This document shows positions 50,158 to 59,811 of a stretch of 64,000 nucleotides of DNA, in pieces (position 1 is the first letter of the stretch; every line of letters begins with the position of its first letter). The DNA lies in NCBI GenBank assembly GCA_964544955.1, contig CAZJEB010000007.1:2647-66646 (forward strand), read 5' to 3'. The notes beneath the pieces were generated by a model. That model was not told the DNA's origin. It ran no database searches and saw only the letters and a program-made list of their open reading frames with translations. Position numbers and translations under genes: made by a program. Source of the stretch: an uncultured Oscillospiraceae bacterium. GTDB lineage: Bacteria > Bacillota > Clostridia > Christensenellales > Aristaeellaceae.

Positions 50158-51390
50158 TTAAATTGTTAAGTCATCATCATCCATATCAAAATCAACATCA
50201 TCGGATTCCATTATGAATGAAGTTGGAGTGTAATTATCGTATTGGCTTTCTGCTGTATATGTTTGCATAGGTATTGTGCCAACCATATCATCAAGCTCGA
50301 TAGCCTGGGATTGTGACTTAATATCTATCCTCCAACCAGTTAGTTTGGCTGCTAACCTTGCGTTTTGCCCTTCTTTACCTATAGCAAGGGAAAGTTGATT
50401 ATCTGGCACTACTACCCTACAAGCTTTCTCCTCATCTGCAATAAAAACTGTTAACACATGGGCAGGGTTAAGCGAGTTTGCTATAAATTCAGCAGGGTTT
50501 TCACTCCATTTGATAATATCTATTTTTTCATTGCGAATTTCTTCAACAACGCTATCAACCCTTGCACCTCTTGGCCCAACACAAGCGCCAACTGGATCTA
50601 TTGCTGGAACTGTGGAATGAACCGCAATTTTTGTTCTACTTCCCGCTTCCCTTGCTATGCTTTTTATTTGAACAACACCAGTTGCTATTTCAGGAACTTC
50701 GTTTTCAAAAAGCCTTTTTACTAAACCAGGATGTGCACGACTAACCTTTATTGTTGGAGCATGCCTATTATCATTTCTACCAATATTATTCACTGTTAAT
50801 AAATATACTTTTATATGTTCATCAATTGTAAAAACTTCGCCTGGAATGCATTCACTTCTTTCAAGCAATCCTTCTGTTTTACCTAGTTCTAAATGAACAC
50901 CCTTTGCATCTTCACCCATAACAACGGCTGTAAGAATATCGTTTTCTTTTTCAGTATACTCTTGCGCTATCCTACCGTTTTCGGTTTCCCTTAGTTTTTG
51001 CGTTATAACTTGTTTTGCTGTTTGAGCCGCAGTTCTTAAAAAACTAATGGGTGTTACATCAACTTCTACAATATCGCCTGGAAGATAATACTTTTTAAGC
51101 TTTATAGCATCTTCTAAGGATATTTGGTTAACAGCATCCTCAACTTCTTCCGTTACAATTTTATATGCAATAACCTGTATTTCACCAGTTTTTTGATCTA
51201 TACGGGCTTTATAGTTTTTTGGAACCTCTTCTTCACCAGAGTTTTTACGATAAGCCGCTTCAAGGGCTCTTTCAATTGTGGAAAGCATTTCTAATTCATC
51301 GATGCCTTTTTCATGGGATATAGCCCTTATTGCATCAACTATTTGAGCTTTTCTTTCCCTCTCGTTTTTACTGTTTTTCGCAGTTTTCAT
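50158..51390 (-). CDS. nusA: Transcription termination/antitermination factor NusA
   Basis: S1 and two KH domains (GPRGARV, AIGKEGQNARLAAKLTGW), with an acidic C-terminal tail. Confidence 0.95.
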   Translation of the reverse strand: MKTAKNSKNERERKAQIVDAIRAISHEKGIDELEMLSTIERALEAAYRKNSGEEEVPKNYKARIDQKTGEIQVIAYKIVTEEVEDAVNQISLEDAIKLKKYYLPGDIVEVDVTPISFLRTAAQTAKQVITQKLRETENGRIAQEYTEKENDILTAVVMGEDAKGVHLELGKTEGLLERSECIPGEVFTIDEHIKVYLLTVNNIGRNDNRHAPTIKVSRAHPGLVKRLFENEVPEIATGVVQIKSIAREAGSRTKIAVHSTVPAIDPVGACVGPRGARVDSVVEEIRNEKIDIIKWSENPAEFIANSLNPAHVLTVFIADEEKACRVVVPDNQLSLAIGKEGQNARLAAKLTGWRIDIKSQSQAIELDDMVGTIPMQTYTAESQYDNYTPTSFIMESDDVDFDMDDDDLTI

Positions 51391-51400
51391 TTTTAAACTC

Positions 51401-51916
51401 CTATTCTAAATTTAAATCAAGGGATTGAACTTCAGTTTCAACATCAATAACTGGTTTAATAATTGCAATGTCTTCCCTTTTAATATCTATGTTATTATTT
51501 TGAATGCTTAATGTAACAAAATTATCATTAAAATCAACAATATTGCCTTGAATTGTTTTTGAACCATCTATCTTTGCATAAAGCTTTACCTCTACCAATT
51601 CCCCTGCAAAGCGTTCAAAATCTTTATAGTTTTTTATAGGTCTATCCGCACCTAAAGAAGAAACTTCCAAATAATCATAATCATATTTTTCTACTTTTAA
51701 TTGCAGTGCTTTATGAAAAAGCTCACAATCATCAAGGCTTATACCTTCTGGCTTATCTATAAAAACTGTAAGCACTACACCACGTACTTCCCTTTCCCAC
51801 GTGGCCTCTACAAACTCTATGCCTGTATCATTAGCAATTGAATTGCAGATTTTATCAACTTCTTCCCTTGTTTTTTTATCAACAACGGGGCTTAATTTTA
51901 TAGTTTTTTTTGCCAT
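51401..51916 (-). CDS. rimP: Ribosome maturation factor RimP
   Basis: 171 aa, first gene of the nusA-infB operon, with motif YLEVSSLGADRP. Confidence 0.9.
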   Translation of the reverse strand: MAKKTIKLSPVVDKKTREEVDKICNSIANDTGIEFVEATWEREVRGVVLTVFIDKPEGISLDDCELFHKALQLKVEKYDYDYLEVSSLGADRPIKNYKDFERFAGELVEVKLYAKIDGSKTIQGNIVDFNDNFVTLSIQNNNIDIKREDIAIIKPVIDVETEVQSLDLNLE

Positions 51917-52278
51917 TATTACTCCTAATTAAATGCATACAAAAAGAGTGTTATTATCACTTATTGCATTTATTTACAAAAAATAAGCCTACAAGCTTAG
52001 CTATTTTAGCCACTTGTATATGCTTTTTATTTTCGCAAATTGACAGCAAGCAATGACACTCTTTTATTATGCAAACCCTTCTTTCTTTAAGGTAGATATA
52101 TTTTTAAAAAATGCTATAGTCGTAACACAACTATAACTACTGTTATATTATCATATCAAACTAATTAATACAAGTGTTTTTTGCTTATTTTTCAATATTT
52201 TGTAGGTTTTTTAATATTGTTTCAGTGTTTGAAAAGCAAAGCTCAAAGTTGTATAATAAGATAGTGGAGGTGCTTTTT

Positions 52279-53076
52279 GTGAGCAATAAACCAATTGGTA
52301 TATTCGATAGCGGAATGGGCGGAATAAGTGTTTTGGCTGAAGCTGCTAATTTAATGCCCTATGAAAATTTTATATATATAGGTGATACTGCTTTTGCCCC
52401 TTACGGTGTAAAGCCAGTAGAGTTAGTTTTAGAAAGATCCATAACTATAAGTGAAAAATTAATAAACCACGGCTGTAAAGCTATACTTATTGCTTGTAAT
52501 ACAGCATCTAGCGTTGCAGCAAAACATTTAAGAAATAACTACAAATTACCTATTGTTGCTATGGAACCCGCATTAAAACCCGCATCACTTCTAAACCCAG
52601 AAAAATTAGTGTTGGTGTTAGCAACTAATATTACACTTAATTTGGAAAAATTTAAAATTTTAATGGATAAATACGGCAATAACGCTATACCTATACCTTG
52701 CCCAGAATTAGTTGAATTTGTTGAAGGTTTTAACTTTGATAAAGAGAAGGTAAGGGCTTATTTGAATAATATTTTTAATAATTTCAACTTAGATAGTATT
52801 GGTGCTGTTGTGCTTGGTTGCACACATTTTATATTCGTAAAAAACTTAATAAAAGAAATATTGCCAAATAATATTAAAATATTAGATGGCAATTTGGGCA
52901 CTGTTAAAGAATTACAAAGACGTTTAAACGCCCACAATTTGTTAAATACATATAAGAAGAAACCTTATATAAAAATTATATCATCATCAGAAAACCCTAA
53001 AGAAATATTAAATATGGAAAAAATGTTTGAAGTAGCCTTTAACAAACAAGACTATTTTGCTGTTGAAAATATGTAA
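52279..53076 (+). CDS. murI: Glutamate racemase
   Basis: IGIFDSGMGG, ACNTAS and GCTHF motifs. True start is GTG 52279 after GGAGGTG. The track start at 52174 is an extension. Confidence 0.9.
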   Translation: MSNKPIGIFDSGMGGISVLAEAANLMPYENFIYIGDTAFAPYGVKPVELVLERSITISEKLINHGCKAILIACNTASSVAAKHLRNNYKLPIVAMEPALKPASLLNPEKLVLVLATNITLNLEKFKILMDKYGNNAIPIPCPELVEFVEGFNFDKEKVRAYLNNIFNNFNLDSIGAVVLGCTHFIFVKNLIKEILPNNIKILDGNLGTVKELQRRLNAHNLLNTYKKKPYIKIISSSENPKEILNMEKMFEVAFNKQDYFAVENM

Positions 53077-53747
53077 CTGAACAATGCAGAACATGCAATA
53101 ATAAACTGACCAATATAATAAAAAGATATGCTTACCCTTTCCTTTAATTTATTTGTTGGGAAAAGTAGATTTATTACAAGGGTAATATCAGAAACAACAA
53201 AGAAGCTTATACCAATGCTTAAAAGGATATGGATATTATTAGGGTTTATATAAGTAACTGTATACACTAGTGACAATAATGTAATAAGCATTAATCCATA
53301 TAGAATAAATGGAATAGCCAAAATTTTCTTTTTTGGATCATATAAATTTAGCAATTGTTCTTTTAGTTTATATACTATTAATAAAACGATAGAGGCTACA
53401 GCTATAAAAAATATAACAAACAATTTTATGTTTAGTTCTAAACCTAGAAGTAAGCATAAATAAAATATGTGCCCAAGCGCAAACAATATTGTGCCCCCAA
53501 GAAAGTTATAGCAAATTGCTATATCAGCTATAACACAAATAATTAAAGCTATTAATATGTTTGTTGTATAAATGTTTTGAAATTTTAAATAAGCATAAGC
53601 TGCAACTGCAATAGATACTAACATGCTGGTTATTTTTAAAAATATTGTTTTGACACCATTATTAGAAACAAATAGTTGGTTAACATAAATTGGTGCAAAA
53701 AATAGAAGTATTAAGCCTGCTAGCAAAATTAAAATAATATATAACAT
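53052..53747 (-). CDS. YhhN-family (lysoplasmalogenase-like) membrane protein
   Basis: Polytopic protein. IADIAICYNFLGGTILFALGHIFY and FFVVSDITL...YYIGQFIIA fit the YhhN pattern by eye. Confidence 0.55.
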   Translation of the reverse strand: MLYIILILLAGLILLFFAPIYVNQLFVSNNGVKTIFLKITSMLVSIAVAAYAYLKFQNIYTTNILIALIICVIADIAICYNFLGGTILFALGHIFYLCLLLGLELNIKLFVIFFIAVASIVLLIVYKLKEQLLNLYDPKKKILAIPFILYGLMLITLLSLVYTVTYINPNNIHILLSIGISFFVVSDITLVINLLFPTNKLKERVSISFYYIGQFIIACSALFSYIFSTAK

Positions 53748-53929
53748 TATTACTCCTTAAGGTTTTTATTATATTATATTTGATAATAATAAAAATACAA
53801 TAGTTAAATATTTATATTATATTAAAATATGTTTCAAAATTAATTTAAACATTTACAATACTTTAAAATATGATATAATAAAGTTTGCACATTGTTAACT
53901 TTAAGTGCCTATATTATAGGAGGATATAC

Positions 53930-55534
53930 ATGAATAACGGACAACGTCCTCAATACACAAGCAACCCCACATTTAACCAAAAGAAGAAATCTTCATTTTG
54001 GCAAAAAAAGAATAACGATAAATCAAATATTCCTGTTAATCAGTTTAACCAAGCTAATGTAGCAAATAATATGAACTTTGGCCAAGTACCGAATACACCA
54101 TTTCAAGGTAATACGCCACACATACCACAAAACAATCCCCAATTTGCTCAGCAGCCTTTTAACCAAGCACCACCTCAAGCAAACCAAAGTATTAACAGAG
54201 CTCCATTAGTTTATAATGCAAATACATATTCCCAGTTTAACCAAAACACTCAAACTCCAAACCAAAATATGTATAACCCACAAGCTAGTTTTAACCCTAT
54301 GCCCAATCAGGGAAATCAAGGTGCTTTTTATAACGGTTACAACCAGCCTGTTGCGCCACAATTTAGCCAACAAACACACAATCAATTTGGCCAACAATTT
54401 GCCAACAACCAACGATATAACTTTACACAAAGATACCCTCAAAACAACAACGAAAATTTTGCAAATGCAAAAAAACGTACATCTGCAAACATTCAATCAA
54501 ATAATGCTAGTATTAATGCTCCAAAAGCTGCAAAAAGTAATTGGCATTTTCAAAGTTTTGCTAAAACATTATTTGAGTGGTTTAGAAAACCAGCTAACAT
54601 GTCGTTGCTTTGTTTGTTTGTATTTTTACCAATATTGTTTTTATTAGCATTATCTGTGCATGAAACTGTATTTAAATTTGCATTTATAATAGGTGCAATT
54701 ATCGCTTTAATTTGGCTATTTTGGAAAAAGCCTTATAGCGATGGTGTAAGGTTGACAATGACAGTTACCTATGGTGCTTTAATGCTAATAATAGCAATAA
54801 ACCTTATAACTGGAATACAACCCGGGCAAACCAACGTAAGCAGGCCAAACACTGCAAGTAGTACGCAAACCCCTGAAGAAACACCAGCACCTCAAGCACA
54901 ACCAACAGTTGCTGCAGTTGCATCAACGGAGTTACAAGAGGGTGAAAAAACTGCATCTCAACAACGATTTGAAATGTTTATGGAATATTGGAAAATTGGA
55001 AAAATTGATGAAATGGCTACTTTAGTTGCGCCCTCATGGGCATCATCACAAAGTTCACCAACACAAGCGCTATTCAATATATTATCCAATAGAAGGCCTA
55101 CAGAATACACAATTGAAAACATTAGTGGAACAGATGCAGATCAAGCCTTAACAGTTACTTTAAGAGCAAGCATAAACAAATTTACAAGCGATGAACTAGA
55201 GGTTATGCGATATCAAATAATTATGTTAAAAGAAAATGGAATTTGGTATATTGACCCATCATCCCTTGCTACAAAAATAAAAGAAGAAACTCCTGACCCA
55301 AACGCTACACCTGCACCAACAGAACAACCAAGAACCACTGTAACCCCTAAACCCGACGGCAACACAAAACTTTATTACAACAGCAGTGGTGGTAGTTATT
55401 ACCATGTTGACCCTGAGTGTGCTAGGGTAGCAAAAAAATATTTGCCTTTATCCCCTTTCCTTTACAGCGAACTTAGTAGCGCTCCATTTAACAAACTATT
55501 ACCTTGTTTAGAATGCGGAGCACCTACAAATTAA
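53930..55534 (+). CDS. Membrane protein with a roughly 210-aa Q/N/P-rich N-terminal tract and an extracytoplasmic C-terminal domain
   Basis: Start ATG 53930 after AGGAGG. N-terminus rich in NQ/FNQ/PQ repeats, then about three TM helices, a Pro/Thr linker, and a C-terminal YYH..PEC...C.EC motif. Confidence 0.7.
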   Translation: MNNGQRPQYTSNPTFNQKKKSSFWQKKNNDKSNIPVNQFNQANVANNMNFGQVPNTPFQGNTPHIPQNNPQFAQQPFNQAPPQANQSINRAPLVYNANTYSQFNQNTQTPNQNMYNPQASFNPMPNQGNQGAFYNGYNQPVAPQFSQQTHNQFGQQFANNQRYNFTQRYPQNNNENFANAKKRTSANIQSNNASINAPKAAKSNWHFQSFAKTLFEWFRKPANMSLLCLFVFLPILFLLALSVHETVFKFAFIIGAIIALIWLFWKKPYSDGVRLTMTVTYGALMLIIAINLITGIQPGQTNVSRPNTASSTQTPEETPAPQAQPTVAAVASTELQEGEKTASQQRFEMFMEYWKIGKIDEMATLVAPSWASSQSSPTQALFNILSNRRPTEYTIENISGTDADQALTVTLRASINKFTSDELEVMRYQIIMLKENGIWYIDPSSLATKIKEETPDPNATPAPTEQPRTTVTPKPDGNTKLYYNSSGGSYYHVDPECARVAKKYLPLSPFLYSELSSAPFNKLLPCLECGAPTN

Positions 55535-55540
55535 AAAACA

Positions 55541-55571
55541 AAAAACTTTGCACTAAATGTGCAAAGTTTTT
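55541..55571. terminator. Bidirectional intrinsic terminator
   Basis: AAAAACTTTGCAC-TAAAT-GTGCAAAGTTTTT. It overlaps the last codons of the convergent minus-strand gene. Confidence 0.75.
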
Positions 55572-56530
55572 TTATTATCACTATTGTAAAGTATCTTTAA
55601 AATGTAAGATGAAAGCCCCATCAATATTATGCATATTATTGTAAACAACACATAGTTTCGCGCAAAATCACTTATACCAAACATATTTAGTTCTAAGTTC
55701 AATCGGCCATCCAATATGAATTCCATAGCCATACCAGATGCTAATAAAAGAACAAAAGCAATAGGTGCAACTATTGATAGCGAAGTTTTTATATTATTTT
55801 TCTTTAGCTTGTTTAATATTATAATTGATACAATAACCGGCATTGAAAATGCAAATATCTGTTGAGCATGAACAAAGAGCAACATCATATGTCCATCATT
55901 GCGTATGCTTTCCATTATTATCTGAGTTCCCCCATATAATATAAAAAACAACCAAGTAATGTATTGATACCTTTGATTTGATTTACTATATATTTTAACG
56001 AATATAAAAATTAATGTTACTGCAATTATTAAAGCAATTAATGCTTCAATATTATACACTGCTATGCTTGAAAATCCCCAATCATCTTTAATAACAAATA
56101 TTCCAGTAGCATCCTCTCCAAGAGACTTGCCTATACCTACATTTGTAAACCTTTCAGCAAGCCTAATAATTGTAATAAAAATACCCATTGATGCAAAAGA
56201 AGCATCCTTAAGCTTAACGAAATCATTAGGGTAAGGTTTGATAATTTTTAGAGTTAACAATAAACCTAAAAATAAACCAGTTAAAGAAAAACCTCCATCC
56301 CACATAGCAAACATTGCACGAGGGTTTTCTATTTCAAATATATAATAAGCATAATTCACTATTACATATAATATTCTTGAAGAAAACAAACAAATTACCG
56401 ATGCTATTGTACTAAATAAAAGGATTGTTGTAGTGTTTTCCTTTGACAGCAGTTTTACTAAAATAAAATATACCGCAATTGCTAAAGCTAAGCATATTCC
56501 ATATGAGTTAAAGTTTAATGAACTAAACAT
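55553..56530 (-). CDS. Divergent Lgt-family (prolipoprotein diacylglyceryl transferase-like) membrane protein
   Basis: SYGICLALAI, MFAMWDGGFSLTG and YGGTQIIMESIRND match the Lgt topology and motifs by eye. The Lgt signature GR.GNF.NGE reads IRLAERFTNVG. Confidence 0.5.
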   Translation of the reverse strand: MFSSLNFNSYGICLALAIAVYFILVKLLSKENTTTILLFSTIASVICLFSSRILYVIVNYAYYIFEIENPRAMFAMWDGGFSLTGLFLGLLLTLKIIKPYPNDFVKLKDASFASMGIFITIIRLAERFTNVGIGKSLGEDATGIFVIKDDWGFSSIAVYNIEALIALIIAVTLIFIFVKIYSKSNQRYQYITWLFFILYGGTQIIMESIRNDGHMMLLFVHAQQIFAFSMPVIVSIIILNKLKKNNIKTSLSIVAPIAFVLLLASGMAMEFILDGRLNLELNMFGISDFARNYVLFTIICIILMGLSSYILKILYNSDNKKTLHI

Positions 56531-56539
56531 ATATACCCC

Positions 56540-57535
56540 TTAATTTAATACTGCAGATGCAAAGTATATTATATCTGTTATTGATCTTTCGTTATCAACA
56601 CTTTTTGTACTATAAAGGGAGTCTTTAAAATATAGTGCTGCTGAATTGCCACCATCTAGATTGTAAGCTTGTATGCTTCCAAGTTCTTTCATTAAATGAG
56701 AAAATTGAGTTAAATCCATACCTTCACTATCATTTAGCCTTCCATCAACTACAACTAAAGCATACTTTAATGGGCCTAATTGCGCTATACCTGCCCTTGG
56801 GTTTTTATAATGTGGTGCAAATTGATATTTATCTGGTATTTTTTGAACTTGCCCATCTATAACCAACGCAGGGCCAAAGCAAAAGCCATTTACTATTTCT
56901 TTTGTTTGTAACAATTCTTTAATTTGACTTGCCTGTTCTTCTTTTCCATGAGTTATTATATGAAAATCACCCATAGCATCTATTAATAGAAAGTCTAAAT
57001 TATCGCTAGTTTTTTTACGATATACTTCACCTTGCCTAACAATGAAGCCACTTTGTACTTGCGTGTAAAAATCACCATTTACTGCAACTAGAGCATTAAA
57101 CTTGGGTGCAAGTTCACTTGTTTTTAAACCCCTTTTACTACCAAGCTCGCCTGCTAAACCAGTTCTTAATTGTGAAGGATCTGCAATTTCAATATATGCC
57201 ACATGATAATCACAATCATCAAACCTACCATGTTCCATTTTTACTTTTATAGTTGGATCCTCGTATGAGTTTTCCGTAAAGTTTTCAGCAATAGGTTCTC
57301 TCCCCTGTTTTTCATCCAACGGTATGGGTAAAACTACTTCTGCTGTGCCAAAGCTTCCTTCTGCATTTGCTTTAACCACAAATAAGTCTTCAAATTTAAA
57401 TGAAAAATCATCAACTTCATTCATATACTTATTTTTAGCTTCAGGCAATATTTCTGGTGATGGAATATATAATGCAACAAAAAGCAAAAATGCAAGCATA
57501 TAAATGCCCAAAATAATATTTAAAGTTTTTTTCAT
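56540..57535 (-). CDS. Phosphodiester glycosidase family protein (DUF2233/NAGPA-like), membrane anchored
   Basis: N-terminal TM helix, with AVNGDFY and NLDGGNS motifs typical of the family. Confidence 0.7.
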   Translation of the reverse strand: MKKTLNIILGIYMLAFLLFVALYIPSPEILPEAKNKYMNEVDDFSFKFEDLFVVKANAEGSFGTAEVVLPIPLDEKQGREPIAENFTENSYEDPTIKVKMEHGRFDDCDYHVAYIEIADPSQLRTGLAGELGSKRGLKTSELAPKFNALVAVNGDFYTQVQSGFIVRQGEVYRKKTSDNLDFLLIDAMGDFHIITHGKEEQASQIKELLQTKEIVNGFCFGPALVIDGQVQKIPDKYQFAPHYKNPRAGIAQLGPLKYALVVVDGRLNDSEGMDLTQFSHLMKELGSIQAYNLDGGNSAALYFKDSLYSTKSVDNERSITDIIYFASAVLN

Positions 57536-57548
57536 ATTTCCTCCGAAA

Positions 57549-58355
57549 TCAAAGTGACTTCATATAGTTAATAAAGTTATCTAATACAATACCAGGTTCT
57601 TCAAGGCTAAGATCCCAACGTTTTACCCACTCTAAAGAGAAAAATCCGTCATAATTATTTTCTTTTAAAATATTGTAAGAATCTATAATCGGAATATCCC
57701 CCAAGCCTGGTAAAACATATTTGTACTTGCCATTTTCAAGCAAAACGCCATCCTTAGCATGAACATGCTTAATCCACTGTTTTAGGTTACTGTATGTTTG
57801 TGATGCTGTTTCATGCATAAACCTATATGGGTGATGAATATCCCATAACACATTAACATTACTATGATTAATATCTTGCATAAGTTTTGCAAATTTTTCG
57901 CTATCAGACCAAACTCCATGGGTTTCTAATAAAATAGTTCTGCCCTGTGCCTTTGCCATATCACCCAAAAACATAGCTTGTTCTATAATATAAGGAATAT
58001 CAATTTCTCCTTTAACCTCTGGAACTGCTTCTGCTGCCATAACCCTTATATAGGGCACATTCATTTTTTTAGCCAAATCAACATATGCATTAATTTCGTT
58101 ATGCATATATTCTTCATCGCCTTTTACATTTATACAGCAGTCACTTGTTAAGCATGGTATTTTTAAATTTAAGCTATTTAAGCGAGATAATGTTTCTACT
58201 AATTTATCATCACTAAATTCTGGAACTGAAGGAACAGATATATCTTTACCAACGCCACGGACTTCAATGCCATCGTAGCCCAAATCTGCCGCTGTGCTAA
58301 CAATTTCATTCCAGCCCCACCTTGGGCAACTTAATGTAGAAAAACTCAATTTCAT
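57549..58355 (-). CDS. Sugar phosphate isomerase/epimerase (xylose isomerase-like TIM barrel)
   Basis: AP_endonuc_2-like pattern (GYDGIEVRG, LLETHG, HVHAKD, LEW). Start set to the second ATG, 9 nt after AAGGTGG. Confidence 0.75.
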   Translation of the reverse strand: MKLSFSTLSCPRWGWNEIVSTAADLGYDGIEVRGVGKDISVPSVPEFSDDKLVETLSRLNSLNLKIPCLTSDCCINVKGDEEYMHNEINAYVDLAKKMNVPYIRVMAAEAVPEVKGEIDIPYIIEQAMFLGDMAKAQGRTILLETHGVWSDSEKFAKLMQDINHSNVNVLWDIHHPYRFMHETASQTYSNLKQWIKHVHAKDGVLLENGKYKYVLPGLGDIPIIDSYNILKENNYDGFFSLEWVKRWDLSLEEPGIVLDNFINYMKSL

Positions 58356-58485
58356 AAAATTCATCCACCTTCAAAAATTATGTGTTTTATTGCATAACAC
58401 TGGCTATTATGGTATCATGTTACAAGCCTAAGGTCAAGGTTTGGCGCTAAATTATGATGTTTTAAAATTGGATTGGAAAACTAGC

Positions 58486-59811
58486 ATGAAGCATAAAAAA
58501 AGAGGAATTAGTACTGGTAGTATAGTTACAATTATTATTTTAGTAATTGTTCTTTTAGCATGCCTTTGGCTTCTTCCAAAGCTTTTTGGAAACTTAAATA
58601 CACGCATAAGTCCTGATAAAATTAGTAAATCGTTTATAAATTTAGCAAAAGATTCTATGGGTGCTATAACTGATACATTTGTAACAAGTACAAAAGAACC
58701 TGATGAGCCTAATATTGATTTAGTTTTTTCCACACACGCATATTCGGAACCATTACCAACCCCTATATTAAAAGATGAAATTGTAAACTTTTCATTATCT
58801 TTTGCTGGTAGTATTGATTTTGATAAAAAATTACAAAAAGCAACAGCAATGGAGGAAGGTATATATAATATTAGCCCAATATTTGAAAACATTAAAAATA
58901 CCTTTAATAGTGATTATAACACTATAAATTTAGCTAATACATTTATAAAAAATGAAGAATTAAGTGATATAAACGCGCCAGAATCTTTAATAAGTAGCAT
59001 AAAAAACTTAGGCTTTAATTCAATTATTTTTGGTAACAGCAATTCTTTAAATTATGGCCTTGAAGGTTTGCAAAGCATGTTAACAACTGCAAAACAAAAC
59101 AAAATTAATATAAATGGTATTGATGCCGAATCTACCAATAGTGAAATATTTATTCAAAATATAAAAGAAATTCCAGTAGCATTCCTCCACTATACTCAAA
59201 GTATATCTTCTACAAGTAAAAAGAAAGTTCCTGAACAAAACATAAAATTCCATATAAGTATTATTAATGAAGATAAAGTAAAAAGCGATATTATAAGAGC
59301 AAGGGAAAAAGGTGCATATTTTGTTGTAGTAAGTATAGATTGGGATAAATCCACAAGCAAAAACCCAAGTAAGGATCAAATAAAAATTGCGCAATATATA
59401 GCTGATGCTGGAGCAAATATAATTATTGGAAATAACCAAAACAGCCCTTTAGCTTTTGATATTTTATCTACCACAAACCAATACGCCCCTAACCGCAAGG
59501 TTCCTGTTGCTTATTCTTTAGGTAATTTATTATCTTCAAATACTAACAACGCAAACCAGGCAAGTAGTATAATTTTAAACTTTAATATAAGTTATAATAA
59601 AACAAAAGCTAAAGTTGAATCAATAAAAATTAGTGATATACCTTTGTTTGTTTGGAAAACCAAGTTAGAAAATAAGGATGTTTTTAGTATTTTACCATTA
59701 AACAATAAAATAGATGCAGAAAATAAAAAGCTAATTAACTTTAACGAGAAAGTTAATAGCTTTATAAATAATTTGTTTGGGATATTGCCAATTAGCGTTA
59801 TTAATAACTAA
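58486..59811 (+). CDS. CapA/PGA_cap-like membrane-anchored protein with non-canonical metal-ligand positions
   Basis: TM anchor, then FSLSFAGSIDFD, NLANTF, FGNSNSLNYG, VSIDWD and IIIGNNQNS. These are laid out like CapA (GD, NLE, NNH..D.G, HWG, G.H.H) but with His replaced. The start at the internal ATG is uncertain. Confidence 0.5.
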   Translation: MKHKKRGISTGSIVTIIILVIVLLACLWLLPKLFGNLNTRISPDKISKSFINLAKDSMGAITDTFVTSTKEPDEPNIDLVFSTHAYSEPLPTPILKDEIVNFSLSFAGSIDFDKKLQKATAMEEGIYNISPIFENIKNTFNSDYNTINLANTFIKNEELSDINAPESLISSIKNLGFNSIIFGNSNSLNYGLEGLQSMLTTAKQNKININGIDAESTNSEIFIQNIKEIPVAFLHYTQSISSTSKKKVPEQNIKFHISIINEDKVKSDIIRAREKGAYFVVVSIDWDKSTSKNPSKDQIKIAQYIADAGANIIIGNNQNSPLAFDILSTTNQYAPNRKVPVAYSLGNLLSSNTNNANQASSIILNFNISYNKTKAKVESIKISDIPLFVWKTKLENKDVFSILPLNNKIDAENKKLINFNEKVNSFINNLFGILPISVINN

